Shown here: piece after piece, positions 24,202-35,817 of the stretch
Numbering within the stretch: the first letter of the stretch is position 1
Layout: every line of letters starts with the position of its first letter
From: Botryllus schlosseri
Taxonomy: Eukaryota
DNA length: 64,000 nucleotides
Assembly (NCBI GenBank): GCA_051294905.1
Contig: CM119371.1
Span: 34,536,001 to 34,600,000 of the forward strand
Reading direction: 5' to 3'
Program-made: the position numbers and the translations under genes
Notes under the pieces: generated by a model
What the model was told of the DNA's origin: nothing
Database searches by the model: none
Seen by the model: the letters and a program-made list of their open reading frames with translations, nothing else

Positions 24202-25666
24202 ATCCCCTTGTACCCTTTAACTTACAGGGGAGGACTGTTATGTTCGTGTATTTACGTTGGTATCGTTTCACTCTATTTTGTATAGGACTAGTAATTAGCG
24301 CCAATCATTATTTCCTTGTGTGCCTTGCGTTGTATTTATACCCTGTGTTCTGTTTGTCTCGTGGTCTTTCATTTAACTGAACTCTGGATCGTGTCGCTGC
24401 CTAAAGTTATTCTGCTGTACAATATACTGATTTCTTATTGCAACCTCGTCGTATTGCGTTATTGTTCAAACAAGATCAAGAACATAACACGGCTCTCTTG
24501 GGATAATCCATCAGATCATTAATCCGTATGCATGTGGTATAGCCATATGTCTTGAAACTCAAGATATTTGCACTGTGCCATAGAGTGAAGTAATCCAATC
24601 CAGGCAATCAATCAAGTAATCCAGGCCCCGGGACAGTTTGTTTCACCCTCAATTGGAGCTGATGATCATTTTCCTTCGGGTAGTGGCACTTGGCAGCATG
24701 ACAGAATGATCAATAACTTGTGACAGAATGATCAATAACTTGTAATATAGGTCTAAATATTTTGAATTGCTTAACTGAGAAGTCATACAATAGCTTAGGA
24801 TATTTGATATATATGGTATGTAGCACATTGCATGAATTCATAACACAACGTACTGGCACTGGCAGTCATTGTCTCTTAGGCTTAAAAATAGCAGTATCCT
24901 ATATATATTGCAATCGATATCAATCATCAAAATGCTGCAATGATTACCAACTACCGCTACAATACAACTATAGTATACTATCCACACCTAACTTAATGCT
25001 GCAATAAATATCACGCAGTCAATGTCCTGCAATGTCGAATTTCGTGTCATAAAATCATAGTTGACTACCGAATAACGGCTACAATGTTGATCATTTTGAC
25101 GCAAGGAGTTTACATAGTTCATGAATCAAAGACATCCAACATATTTGAATCCTTGCGCATCTCCATGACACTTGCGAACGTTTACAGCCCGAAAACGATA
25201 ATATACTGTATCCGAAATACGGCTACGTTAACGACGGATTTCTGCGTAATTCTGACGATATCATTCTATGTTCTTTGTACAGGATTGACATCTAGCATAG
25301 GTAAATCTCTGATGACTTCTACAACAAATTTCCGAAACGTTTACAACCAGAAATCAACAGTACACTATGCGATATTTAGCACTGAAGCAGGTGCGCGAGA
25401 AAGTAGCTTGCTAACCAATTTGTTGTTGCTATGCGTATCTAGTCACGTGATCGAAGTCCTGCAAAAGGCCTAATGTGGAACAGCATCTCGCCGGTAGGCT
25501 ATCAGGTAGGCTATCACCAGGTTTTAGCGAATAAATCAACAATATTTAAGTTATTGTTTCGCGTTATTCTGAAGTTATGTGCCCCAAATGGCATGTTCAA
25601 ATACTCGGGTAACCAGCGGCCTCTTCACCTCTATTATTATAATGCCATATATGTGTTGGTCGTCAT

Positions 25667-26181
25667 TAGGGCTGGGCAAAATGATTCGAGTACTCGAATC
25701 TGAATCGAGTAGTAATTTTAATGATTCGAGTCGAGTAGTAAAAGACGATTTTTTCGAGTACTAAAATTATACGGTCCTCGCAACTGAAAGTTAATTTACT
25801 GACGAGAATTATAGTGTTGATACTAATTTCCACTGAGGAAGCCGTTAAACCTTGATTGGCCGTGTTTGAACATATCAGGCACAGTTTAAAGCTACGAACG
25901 TTACTGGAAATAGCAAATTTCCGAAGTCATTATCATCCAACAAAATTGTTAAGAAGTGCAATGAAATCGGTATGGTCGAAAAAATACCAAAGCATCTTTA
26001 ATGTGATGGATAAGAGGCATTACGTTCTTTGTGGTGGCATAAAAGGCTCATATTTGGACTTCCACATAGTACATCCTGTTGTGACGTCATAATGAGTGAT
26101 ACTCGATTACTCGACTCGACTCGAAGCATATTACGTGATTCAGAATCGAATCACTCAGGTACTCGATTTTGCCCAGCCCTA
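25667..26181. mobile_element. hAT-type MITE (CTCGA/TCGAG-rich)
   Basis: TIR TAGGGCTGGGCAAAAT...ATTTTGCCCAGCCCTA; TSD GTCGTCAT. Confidence 0.9.
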
Positions 26182-28746
26182 GTCGTCATAAGGTGGTAGC
26201 TGGTAAGTATAGGGGTTGGTAGACCATTTCTGCGTTGAAAAATATTATTGAAACACAAGAACGCGGCGCATCTCTGTTCATTTAGCGCAAGAGAGGCAGA
26301 AATGGTAGATATGGTGCTGACTTTAATTTTGCAACTGCTATAGTGCAGGCAATGAGAGGTTTATACAAGATTCCGTCCCAACTGCAAGCATAACAAGAAT
26401 GGTTTTAGCCTTTTAGGGATGCTGACTAAACATTGGTCGCGGAAATATTTTAGTAGAATGTTTTGTAGGCCTATGTGCTGAGTGACGTAGTGAAGATTAG
26501 TTATGGTAGTAGGAAGGTACCGTTGCTATAATCAACTGTTGCTATGCTATCACTGTTGTGTTTCATCTACAGATAATAATAATTAATTTCCGACACGACG
26601 GTGGGCTCAATAACAAATTTTGGTACCGGTATTATATATGCTGTGATCATACCCAAAGGTGTTGTTGGAAGTGTTTCGCGTTATTACTACATTCACCACT
26701 ACATTATTAGTACATTCACCCTAACCGCTAACCCTAGGGTACCGTATCCTAACATTACGGGCTCACCCTAACCCTAATATTACGGTACCCTACCCACCTT
26801 CAAAAGGGCAAGTTTTTGCAACTTTTTTTACAGCATCTGGAAGCTTCGTAAATAAAGCTTCGTACTCATAATATATGAAGTATGGTGTTTTAATCTGTTT
26901 GGAGGAGTTTTATGTTGCAACTTTTGTCTATATTTTTCATGCAACTTTTATCAAGTATTGCGCAAAATATGCTATAAAACTAGAATAAAGACTAAATTAA
27001 TGGATTTCAAGTGACAATGCGGCCCACCATACGCGCCGGACGCAGGTATACCTGGTATGCCGTGTTTACCTAGCAATTTTTTCAGGTATGCGGCATACCC
27101 ACTATTCCGTTAGTCATGAAACTCCCTGAACTAATTGGTAAATTGTGCGAACCCTATGTAAATAAAAATGTAACCATGATTGATTGAATAGGGAAGGTAG
27201 AAACGGAACAAGCAGACACCATGCAAATTTTAAACTGCTGGAACCTTTCGAGTAACTTATACCCTCATGACTTCAAAAAATTGTATAAATGCAACTTCTG
27301 CAACTTTTAGTGCATCAAAAACTTGCCCATATAACCGTCTCCCCAAACGCTAATCTTACGTTACCCTAACCACAGCCCTCTCCCTAACGCACCCACAACC
27401 CCAATCTTACGATTCCCTAACCCGCCTCCAACCTAACCAGACGCGAAAAATAATTTATTTTGATGTTTATAAATTTTGACATGTTTAAGGGAATCATTTA
27501 TTGTTGATTATGGTGATCATTGTTCGATGTGTGGCCACTATCAAAGAAGCGCCGTTATTTTCAATAAAAGTCATTTTCTCGCCGTTTATCACTAGCCTAC
27601 AGTTAATAATTATAGATGACGATGACGGAGCTTAATTTGAACTGGTGGCGGGACGGTCTGAAAGTGGTTCACGAAGACAAAAAGGTTGAGAAACACTGCT
27701 CCAGACAGTTCTAGGATTCTGCTTCTTTTTTAAATGACTCTCAGAGTTGTCTGAAACTTGGATACAATAATGATGCAGATGGCCATACGAAATTCCACAT
27801 TGCACAATTTTGCATCTTCGCTTATAACGTGACATTTTCTACATATCTATAGTTGGATCTGTGTGTTTTGTGAAGAAGCTTCGCTCATGTACCTGGCTGA
27901 ATTGGTAAGCATTAAAACGAAATTATTTCTTTCAATTTCCAGCTTCTTCAGTGCGTCGTCAATCTACGTGCTGGATCACTGTCTCCACTATGCTGGTCTG
28001 GTGTCCAAGATGTAGGACTATACGTCTTTTCATGCACAGAGATGTCGCCAATGAGTATATAGAAGTAGTTTTCCCTCTCTTCAACTACGAGAAATGTGCT
28101 TGCCATAGAGCAGCTCCTATACGACACCAACGAAATGCAGTTTGCAAAAAAACTTTTCACACTGGTAACAAATTTGACAAAAAGTCAACGCAACAATTTT
28201 GATAAAAATTTTGACTCTTTTGACATGTCAAAAAATATTCGCCCTAGTCATCACTAACAGTGTAATATTTACATATTCTCCAGTGAAAATTGTTACGTAG
28301 GTTTGTAATGCGAAACAAGTATTTATACTTCCGGTATGGCCTTGCTTGTGAAATGCATTGATAACCTTGGACGAAAATTGAAAAGGAAGGAACATACACA
28401 TAATTTGCCATTTTTATTGCTGAGAAATTGCATCATTTATATTAAATAAATATTACCAGAGCAACAATAATGACTTGTGCAAATCCTAAATCAGACTTTG
28501 ATTTGTGTAGGAAAGCAGATTTGCGATTTGGAATTTCTGCTGTCCTTGAGTGCATATGTAATCATGCACGAATGAAATGGATGTTCAGTAATTGCATGGT
28601 GAGTTTCAACTGTCAATATAGTACATTGATAATTTGCTGTTTGTTGACAGATTTGGAAGTCATAGGTCCTCGAAGCAGGGATTCTGTCCCAACCATCAGC
28701 CAGAAGAACGACTCTTTGGGCGCAAGCAAATATCTTCTGTCTATTC

Positions 28747-30664
28747 TTGAGGATCAGACGAGAATCAGACGAGGGTATACCTGCTCTCAAAGCTCGGTTA
28801 TCAGATTTGGCGCATTCGTATTGTGGATGCCCGGTCGACAAGGCGGACTTCCTGATGAACAAAGAGTGTTTCCTAGCCATCAAAGCATTGCGATCCAACC
28901 CTGAAATTCACATCACCAAACCAGACAAAGGATCCGGTGTTGTCATTCTGAACAAAGCTGACTACATTTCGAAAATGGAATCAATATTGCATGACAAAAC
29001 CAAATTTATCTCGCTTGGTTCGGTTTCGGAATTTGATAATACACCTAAAATTGAAAGACGACTGACCAACCGTTTGCTGACATTGAAGAAAAACGGTGTC
29101 CTAACGGCAGAAACATACAGCGCCATCAGACCGACGGGATCGCAAAGACCACGCATGTACGTACTGCCAAAAACTCACAAAGACAATGTCCCAGTGAGAC
29201 CTATACTTTCCATGATCGGGTCTGCTCACCATCAGCTGACAAAATGGCTTATTGACATTTTGGAACCGGTTCGGGAATTGTACGGCACGGAATGTGTTCG
29301 CGATTCGTTCACGTTCGCTGGTGAAATGCGAAACCTGGATTTGCCGAATCCAGACGTGTTTCTGAGCTCATTTGATATCTCTAGTTTTTTTACGAACGTT
29401 CCGCTGCATGAGACTATTGATATTTGCGCCAACGCGCTGTACGGTGGTAAGTTACCGCCACCATCAATCCCGCGTAACGTCTTTGTTGAACTTTTACAAG
29501 CGGCAACCTGCTCGGTGGAATTTAGCTTTAACGAGGTCATGTTTCGCCAAATAGAAGGCTTAGCCATGGGTAGTCCCCTGGGACCTATTTTGGCCAACAT
29601 TTTCGTAGGGTATTACGAGGGCGAGCTTCTGTCCCAGCGTGAGTCCGCCAAACCACTATTGTACCGCCGATACGTAGATGATACATTTGTCATTTTCAGG
29701 AATGAATCGGAGTGTGACCAATTTCTCATTCGCTTAAACTCGCTTCACCCGGCCTTGCAATTCACAATAGAAAAAGAACGCAATAACTCATTATCATTTC
29801 TGGACGTATTAGTTGAAAAGCGCAATACCAACAAATTTGAAACGTCTGTTTTCAGGAAACCGACATTCACAGGCCAATACCTTCGCTGGAATTCATTTAG
29901 TCCTCGGCGCAGAAAAAATTAACCTCATAGGCACACTCGTGCATAGAGCGTTGATGATATGTTCGGGTAACAAACTGAGTTTAGAACTTGACTACATCCG
30001 AAAAATCTTACTTGATAACGGTTACCCTGAACACGTCATCAGCCGCGGCATGGAGAGGAAATTAACGCAATTCAACGCAGAAAAACAAACAGAGCCCACC
30101 GCACGAACAATAAAAGATGTTTATATCCATCTACCTTGGATTGGCCCCATTTCCACCCGCTTTGAAAAACAATTGATTTCTGCTGTCGGTAAATGTTACG
30201 ATACAGTCAAAACCAATGTGATTTTTACAACAACACAACTGCTCCCTTCAACACGCAAAGACGTGCTTCCTGCACTTCAACAAAGTAATGTAGTGTACGA
30301 ATATAGGTGCCACTGTGATTGTGGCTACGTGGGAAGAACGTCAAGGCGTCTGCAGGACCGCATAAACCAACATGTCCCTGGATTTATCAGAACACGTGCG
30401 TCACGCGATGTGAAAAGCTCACCCTTAACTCATCCACTTAAGATTGATGCTGATCAATCAAAGGCCATTAATTCTGCCATCGGCAAACATCTGTTGGATA
30501 ATCCGATTTGTGCGAATAATTATCGAGGCGACCGATTTCGAATCGTAGGTCGAGGCCGTTCACAATTCCATTTGTGTGCCTTGGAATCAACTTTTATCAA
30601 AATACACCAACCAAAACTCTGTCAACAAAAGGAGTTCGTGTATCACCTAAAAATAGTACATTGA
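28747..30664 (+). pseudogene. Penelope RT + GIY-YIG ORF (one frameshift at ~29918)
   Basis: KPDKGSGVV, LPKTHK, SFDISSFFTNVP, GLAMGSPLGP, RYVDDTF; VVYEYRCHCDCGYVGRTSRRL..RINQH; extra A in a run of six. Confidence 0.9.
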
Positions 30665-30830
30665 ACGCTCTCTCATTCGAAATTTCATGCTGGTGACGTC
30701 ATATTTTGTGATACGATTGTTGATATACAATGTTCTTTCCAATTCTCTACTAGTTGCTGACGATTACCCCTGACGAGTGTCAGCCGAAAATATTCGGGTT
30801 CATTTCAATATGAATATACTATTTAATTGT
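28760..30830 (+). mobile_element. Penelope-like retroelement, 5'-truncated
   Basis: RT followed by C-terminal GIY-YIG endonuclease, 3' pLTR with hammerhead motif; boundaries approximate. Confidence 0.9.
30766..30799 (+). ncRNA. Minimal type I hammerhead ribozyme motif (copy 1)
   Basis: ACCC-CTGACGA-G-TGTCAGC-C-GAAA-ATAT-TC-GGGT: helix I ACCC/GGGT, 1-bp helix II, palindromic ATAT loop III, UUC cleavage triplet. Confidence 0.8.
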
Positions 30831-32768
30831 ATATTGAAGTTCTGTACCTCCAAGAAGCTCTTGAGGATTCGTGAAGATCTATTGGAGGATATGTCCGATT
30901 GAATTCAATTTACATATATAGTCGTACTATTCTGCTATCTGCATGTTAATAGTGAACCAGTCATGTACATTAGAATCTTTCGTCATCATTGGTAATAAAA
31001 ATACCTCCACTGGAGGATCTTGAAGGAATGAATCTTTTGATTTTTTCATACGTAATTGGAGGAAGGTGGTTCCACAATATGATTAGCGGGCATTCAGTAT
31101 TATCATCGCGACATTTCCAATTTTAGCCCATAAAAATTTGATTGAAGTCTTGTAGTATTTCCTCCTGGATGCAATTCACTATTGATAAGCACAGGTAGAT
31201 AATGCAGGTCGCCGAAATGTTCTTGATTTCTGATGTCAAACTTTACTTGAAATGTCTGCTGGAAATATCCCGATATCACTGCATAGACGTTCTACGAAGC
31301 GATAGAAAATACTTTCTGTGAGGGAGATACTACCGTTGTCTAAAATTCTTAGCAATTACTCTTCATTGAATACCATATCCAAGAATTATCCGAACTCCAA
31401 ATGAGTTCAATTTACAGCAAAAACCAGCACAATCCGCACTACAGCAACGGCATCGTCATATTTGGTTACCTACCCACTAGGGAGAGCTGCAAACTACAAG
31501 TTACCAGATCGAGTCTCCATGCTAGCTACGTTGTAAATTGCTATGATCTGACAGTCGTCGAGCATGTCCGCATTCAAGTCTAAATATACGCAATTTCTTT
31601 TAAATGAATACTAGCCAGTCTTCAGGATTACCGGACCACGACCTAACATCGACCTCGCTCTCCGCCACATACCACCTGCACCTGCATAGTGCATACCACC
31701 TGCATTACTTTGCATTCTGTGTGCATGCCTCTTATTTACTTCGCCTAGGCTAAGGTGCGTGTCTTATCTTAATGGCTACTCCAAGTTGTTTCGACACCTT
31801 CCTATCTTTTCGTTGTATCGCAGTCTTGTGATGTTTTTGAAACGATGAAAATATTAATAAACCTGATTGACTCACCACTCCAGCTGTTATCCGTCATGCA
31901 TGGCTGCGTTCAATTTTTGCAAGCGGTGTGAACAGAGCTTCCGCTTCACCTCTCTGTGCTTCTGCGTAGCTTAGCTTACCCGATTATCATATTACCGCTG
32001 ATGTTCTATTACTATTAGCATCACAGCGGTGCTTCAACTACGATATGTTTATAATTAGTGTAAGGGTCGTAGTAACGGAAGATTAGGGTTGGGGTTAACC
32101 TCAAATCCTACGATACCCTGGCCGCAAACGATAATATGGATCCTAAGGTATATTTATAGACTTTGACATGTTCATGGGGAACCCTGACTGGTGATTACCG
32201 TGTTGTTGTGGACAAGAAAGTACACTAGAGATTCGATGCGATGGGTGTTACCTTGGACTGTGAGTGGTTCGTATTCGAGTAAAATAATATATTTTTTAGG
32301 GAGGATTTGGGCTTTAGGATTGTAAAGTGAAGGAAGGTGTACCTGGTGTCACTGTCACAGAATTATTTATTTTTGTCGCGGATCTGTAAAGCATTTAATT
32401 AGACAACTGTCAACTGGGAACACTTTGTTTGCCTGATTTTGTCGACGTGCACGGCATCACAGTGTGTTTGCGATTGTATCATTCAAGGCGTTATAGTTCT
32501 TCTGCCACAAAAATGACTAATTTTGTGAGGCCGGGCACACTGGGTTCGGGTTATAGCGGGGCAGAAATGTAGGGTTATTTATTGGGGTAGGAACTTAGGG
32601 TTAGATTTTGTAGTTTGGCTAGGGGTAGACTAGGATTTTGCAAAGTGCTGAATTCAACATAGCCCGGGATATAACCACTAACTTGTCGATCATAAGACTT
32701 GAGTCAGGTCGAGTCATTTTCAATTCAACACCGAGTCAAGTCAAAGTCAGGGTGCAAAGGGTCTAGTC

Positions 32769-33050
32769 CAATGGTTCCCAACCTTTTTTTAGACACGACC
32801 CCTTTATGATAGTGAAAAATTTCGCGCCCACCCTTATTGTCGTATCACAAAATCCAAACAGGATGCTAGTAACCCCAACTGATTGTTTAATGGCATGGAA
32901 GGTTATGACTGTTGAGAGGATTAAAAAATGTGAAATTTGGTCTATATAAAGAGAAACACGCGTGAATTAGAGGTAAAAATTTTTTTTCAGTTGACCGCTT
33001 CTTCGCGGCCTCCTCAGATGCTTTCACGACCCCCAGGTTGGGAACCACTA
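32769..33050. mobile_element. Charlie-like MITE specific to unit B
   Basis: TSD GTCTAGTC; empty site at ~2396-2403 in unit A; related to ~4771-5085 and ~38690-39004. Confidence 0.85.
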
Positions 33051-33379
33051 GTCTAGTCCAAGTCATACTGTTGAGACTTTCAAGAGTCCGAGTCCTAAGT
33101 CATTGTAATTACTGCTGCTGTTTGCTTACAATGAAATGCCTGTCTTGCCTGTCCGAGTCTCAAGTCATATGACAATTCGAGTCAATACGCAAATCGAGTC
33201 GATTTGATTTCCATATTTAGGAAAATAACAGCCCTGATTTCAACGCCAGAGGTTTTAAAGATATGATGAACGACTTCTATTTTGTTAACTATTTTACGCA
33301 GATTCTCGCTAGAACAAGACTATTTACCTGAAACTGGGCATCACATAATTTACATTACATCAGCAAGATACCGAAGACT

Positions 33380-34591
33380 ATGACTCGTAATTCCAATGTG
33401 TGCGAGATTTGCGGAAAAGTCTTCAAATCACCTTTGCACCTTCGATCTCACGTGATTATTCACACCGGGGTGAAAGCGTACAAGTGTGATATCTGCGGAA
33501 AAGCGTTTGTGAATAGTTCAGTACTGTACAAACATATGTTATATCACTCTGACATCAGACGGTTTCGATGCGAGATATGCCACAAGGCATTCCGTCAAAA
33601 TGCCCACTTGAATACGCACATGCTTGCTCATTCCGGTGTCAAAGAACATAAATGCGACATCTGCGACAAGGAATTTCGTCAAAAAACACACTTGAGAACG
33701 CATTTGCTCGGTTTTCATTCCAGCATCAAAAGATATAAATGTGAAATCTGCGCGATGGAGTGTCTTACTATTCAAACTTTGAATAACCACAAAAAAACTC
33801 ATCTTGATGTAAATAAACACGATTGCGAAATCTGTGGAATAGCAATGGGTTCGGGTGAAAATCTGAAATGCCACTTGAAAGTCCACATGGGAATCAGAGA
33901 CTATGTTTGCGGCATATGTGGTAAAGGGTTTATTCGTCGGAGCCACCTGACAAGTCATTCGCTGGTTCACGCCGACGCGATGCAACACCGATGCGAGGTA
34001 TGCGGCAAGGACTTTCATCTTAGTTCACTGTTAACTGCTCACATGCGCAGTCATCTCGGTTTGAAACTCATCAAAAGATTCATTTGCGAGATATGCGGTA
34101 TAGCATTCCTTCATAATGGGGCTTTGGTTTCGCACAAGAAAATTCATACTGGGTTCACGGGTCATGAGTGTGATATATGTGGAAAGGCTTTCTTTCAAAA
34201 GGGGCATCTGGAACGCCATTCGCTAATTCATAGTAGCCTCCCACAACATCGATGTATCATATGCGACAGCGGATTTCGTGGAAAAGTGGGTTTGAACAAC
34301 CACATGCGCATTCATTCAGTCGTGGATTGTGGCGAAGAATTCGCTTGTGAGGTCTGCGGCAAAGGATTTACTCGACTTTATTACTTGCACAAGCACGCCC
34401 GAATTCATACCGGAGTCAAAGACCATAGATGTGGTGTATGCGGGAAGGCTTTCATTGCCAGATATAAGCTCGCACGTCACTCGCTAACTCATAGCGGCCT
34501 CAGGAACCATCGCTGCGACATTTGCGATATGAAATTCAGTGAAAAATCTAGTTTGAATACACACATGCGCCGTCACTTAGCCGGGAAATGA
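33380..34591 (+). CDS. Tandem C2H2 zinc-finger protein, 14 fingers (paralogue 2)
   Basis: 403-aa ORF collinear finger-for-finger with 2723-3931. Confidence 0.92.
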   Translation: MTRNSNVCEICGKVFKSPLHLRSHVIIHTGVKAYKCDICGKAFVNSSVLYKHMLYHSDIRRFRCEICHKAFRQNAHLNTHMLAHSGVKEHKCDICDKEFRQKTHLRTHLLGFHSSIKRYKCEICAMECLTIQTLNNHKKTHLDVNKHDCEICGIAMGSGENLKCHLKVHMGIRDYVCGICGKGFIRRSHLTSHSLVHADAMQHRCEVCGKDFHLSSLLTAHMRSHLGLKLIKRFICEICGIAFLHNGALVSHKKIHTGFTGHECDICGKAFFQKGHLERHSLIHSSLPQHRCIICDSGFRGKVGLNNHMRIHSVVDCGEEFACEVCGKGFTRLYYLHKHARIHTGVKDHRCGVCGKAFIARYKLARHSLTHSGLRNHRCDICDMKFSEKSSLNTHMRRHLAGK

Positions 34592-35148
34592 TGCGAAGAA
34601 TTCGTGAGCGCGATCCGACAAAAGAACATTCTCGCCCTGTCCGATTATTTGAAAGAGCATGCAAGAAAACATATTGGACAGAAAGATTTTGCCTCTAATA
34701 TGCGAATCCTTTTCACTCATCCATGGTGCCCTCGCATGGCGGTACGTATCCTTAAATCGGAACGATGCACAGAAGATTTGCATGGCAAGGATGACACTCA
34801 GCATCGTAAAGTGTCAAGCAAGACGGATATGAATTGTGTGGTTTGTGAAACTCATGTCGATGCAACGCAAATGAAGAGGTGGTCCAAGTAGTCAGCGTTA
34901 CTACTCAATAAAAAATGACTTGAATTTCTACACTATTAGAATCCTACTTCAAGTCCCGGCCGTAGAAAATGAAGGGTATGAAAACTACTTTAGTAATAAG
35001 TTCGTCCAAAAACTCGTTAAGAAGAATTGGGACTAGTCACAAAATATAACTGCTCAAGTAGGCGAAGCCTACTTGAGTACTCCTTAATAGTCACCACGGC
35101 AACTCCTGAATATATACTGGAACTACATGGTAGTTGTAGCGATTTTAG

Positions 35149-35817
35149 TAGGGCAAGTTTTTGTTGCAGTCAAATCCGAGGACAGTCGCCCTTATTTTTC
35201 ACAAAACTTGCACTAAAAAGTTGCATTTATGGACAAGTTCCTTGAAATTATTTGGGTATGAGATACTCGAATCGTTCCGTACCCATGGCACGGTAGCAAA
35301 ACTTAATGTTGGAGACTTGACAAAATTAATAACCTGAACAAATTGACCCAGTGAAAATATAATTTTTGGCGGTCTAGCCTGAATGTACGTCAAATCAGAA
35401 AGGACGTCGAATTTAAACGATAGTGAAATAATCAAGCGATATATTTACATGTAGTTCCAAGTATTTCCAGTAAAAAGTTGGCTGCATCGAAAATCGAAAA
35501 AGTTGCAATGTAGGATTTCATTTCTCTAAACAGCTTAAAACACAATATTTCATAACTTCTGAGTATTTAGGAACAATGTTCCCTCTAATTTTTGACCAGT
35601 CTGCGCACACTCGACAATTTACTGCGCAGAGCCTTGGACAACAGTGCGTAACGACTAAAAAAAAGGTCATCACTTCGGATTTTTTGTGCGCAACTTGGAT
35701 TTTCTGTGCGCAGAGACCGCGTCAGCACTGCGCATTTGCGCACGTGCGCAGCTTAGAGGGAACATTGTTTAGGAAGCTGCCGGAAGTTGTAAAAAATCGT
35801 TGCAAAAACTTGCCCTA
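35149..35817. mobile_element. TAGGGCAAG-terminal MITE with nested CAATGTTCCCTC MITE (35574-35767)
   Basis: Outer TIR TAGGGCAAGTTTTTG/CAAAAACTTGCCCTA (TSD not clear); inner element TSD TTTAGGAA. Confidence 0.75.

Larger units (their letters stand above)
19616..24489 (+). mobile_element. Ty3/Gypsy LTR retrotransposon, copy 1 (full length)
   Basis: 254-bp LTRs 19616-19869 and 24236-24489 (TGTTAT...ATAACA, 1 mismatch); TSD CGGCT; PBS TGGTGTCAGAAGT; PPT AGGGGAGGA; gag-PR-RT-RH-IN order. Confidence 0.97.
17832..25471. mobile_element. Long-TIR DNA transposon relic (possibly ISL2EU/PIF-Harbinger group) hosting Gypsy copy 1
   Basis: ~240-bp near-perfect inverted repeats (17831-18068 vs 25235-25472), termini AGGCCTTTTGCAGG; flanks read as AAT (or TA) duplication; weak minus-strand YqaJ-like relic (VEENT..IRLTST) near 19270-19350. 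Confidence 0.75.

Noticed and set aside
26690..27440. Interstitial telomere (CCCTAA-like units; also ~1740, ~38110, ~62590-62690)
   Set aside because: Units are sparse and degenerate, embedded in dispersed repeats rather than tandem arrays
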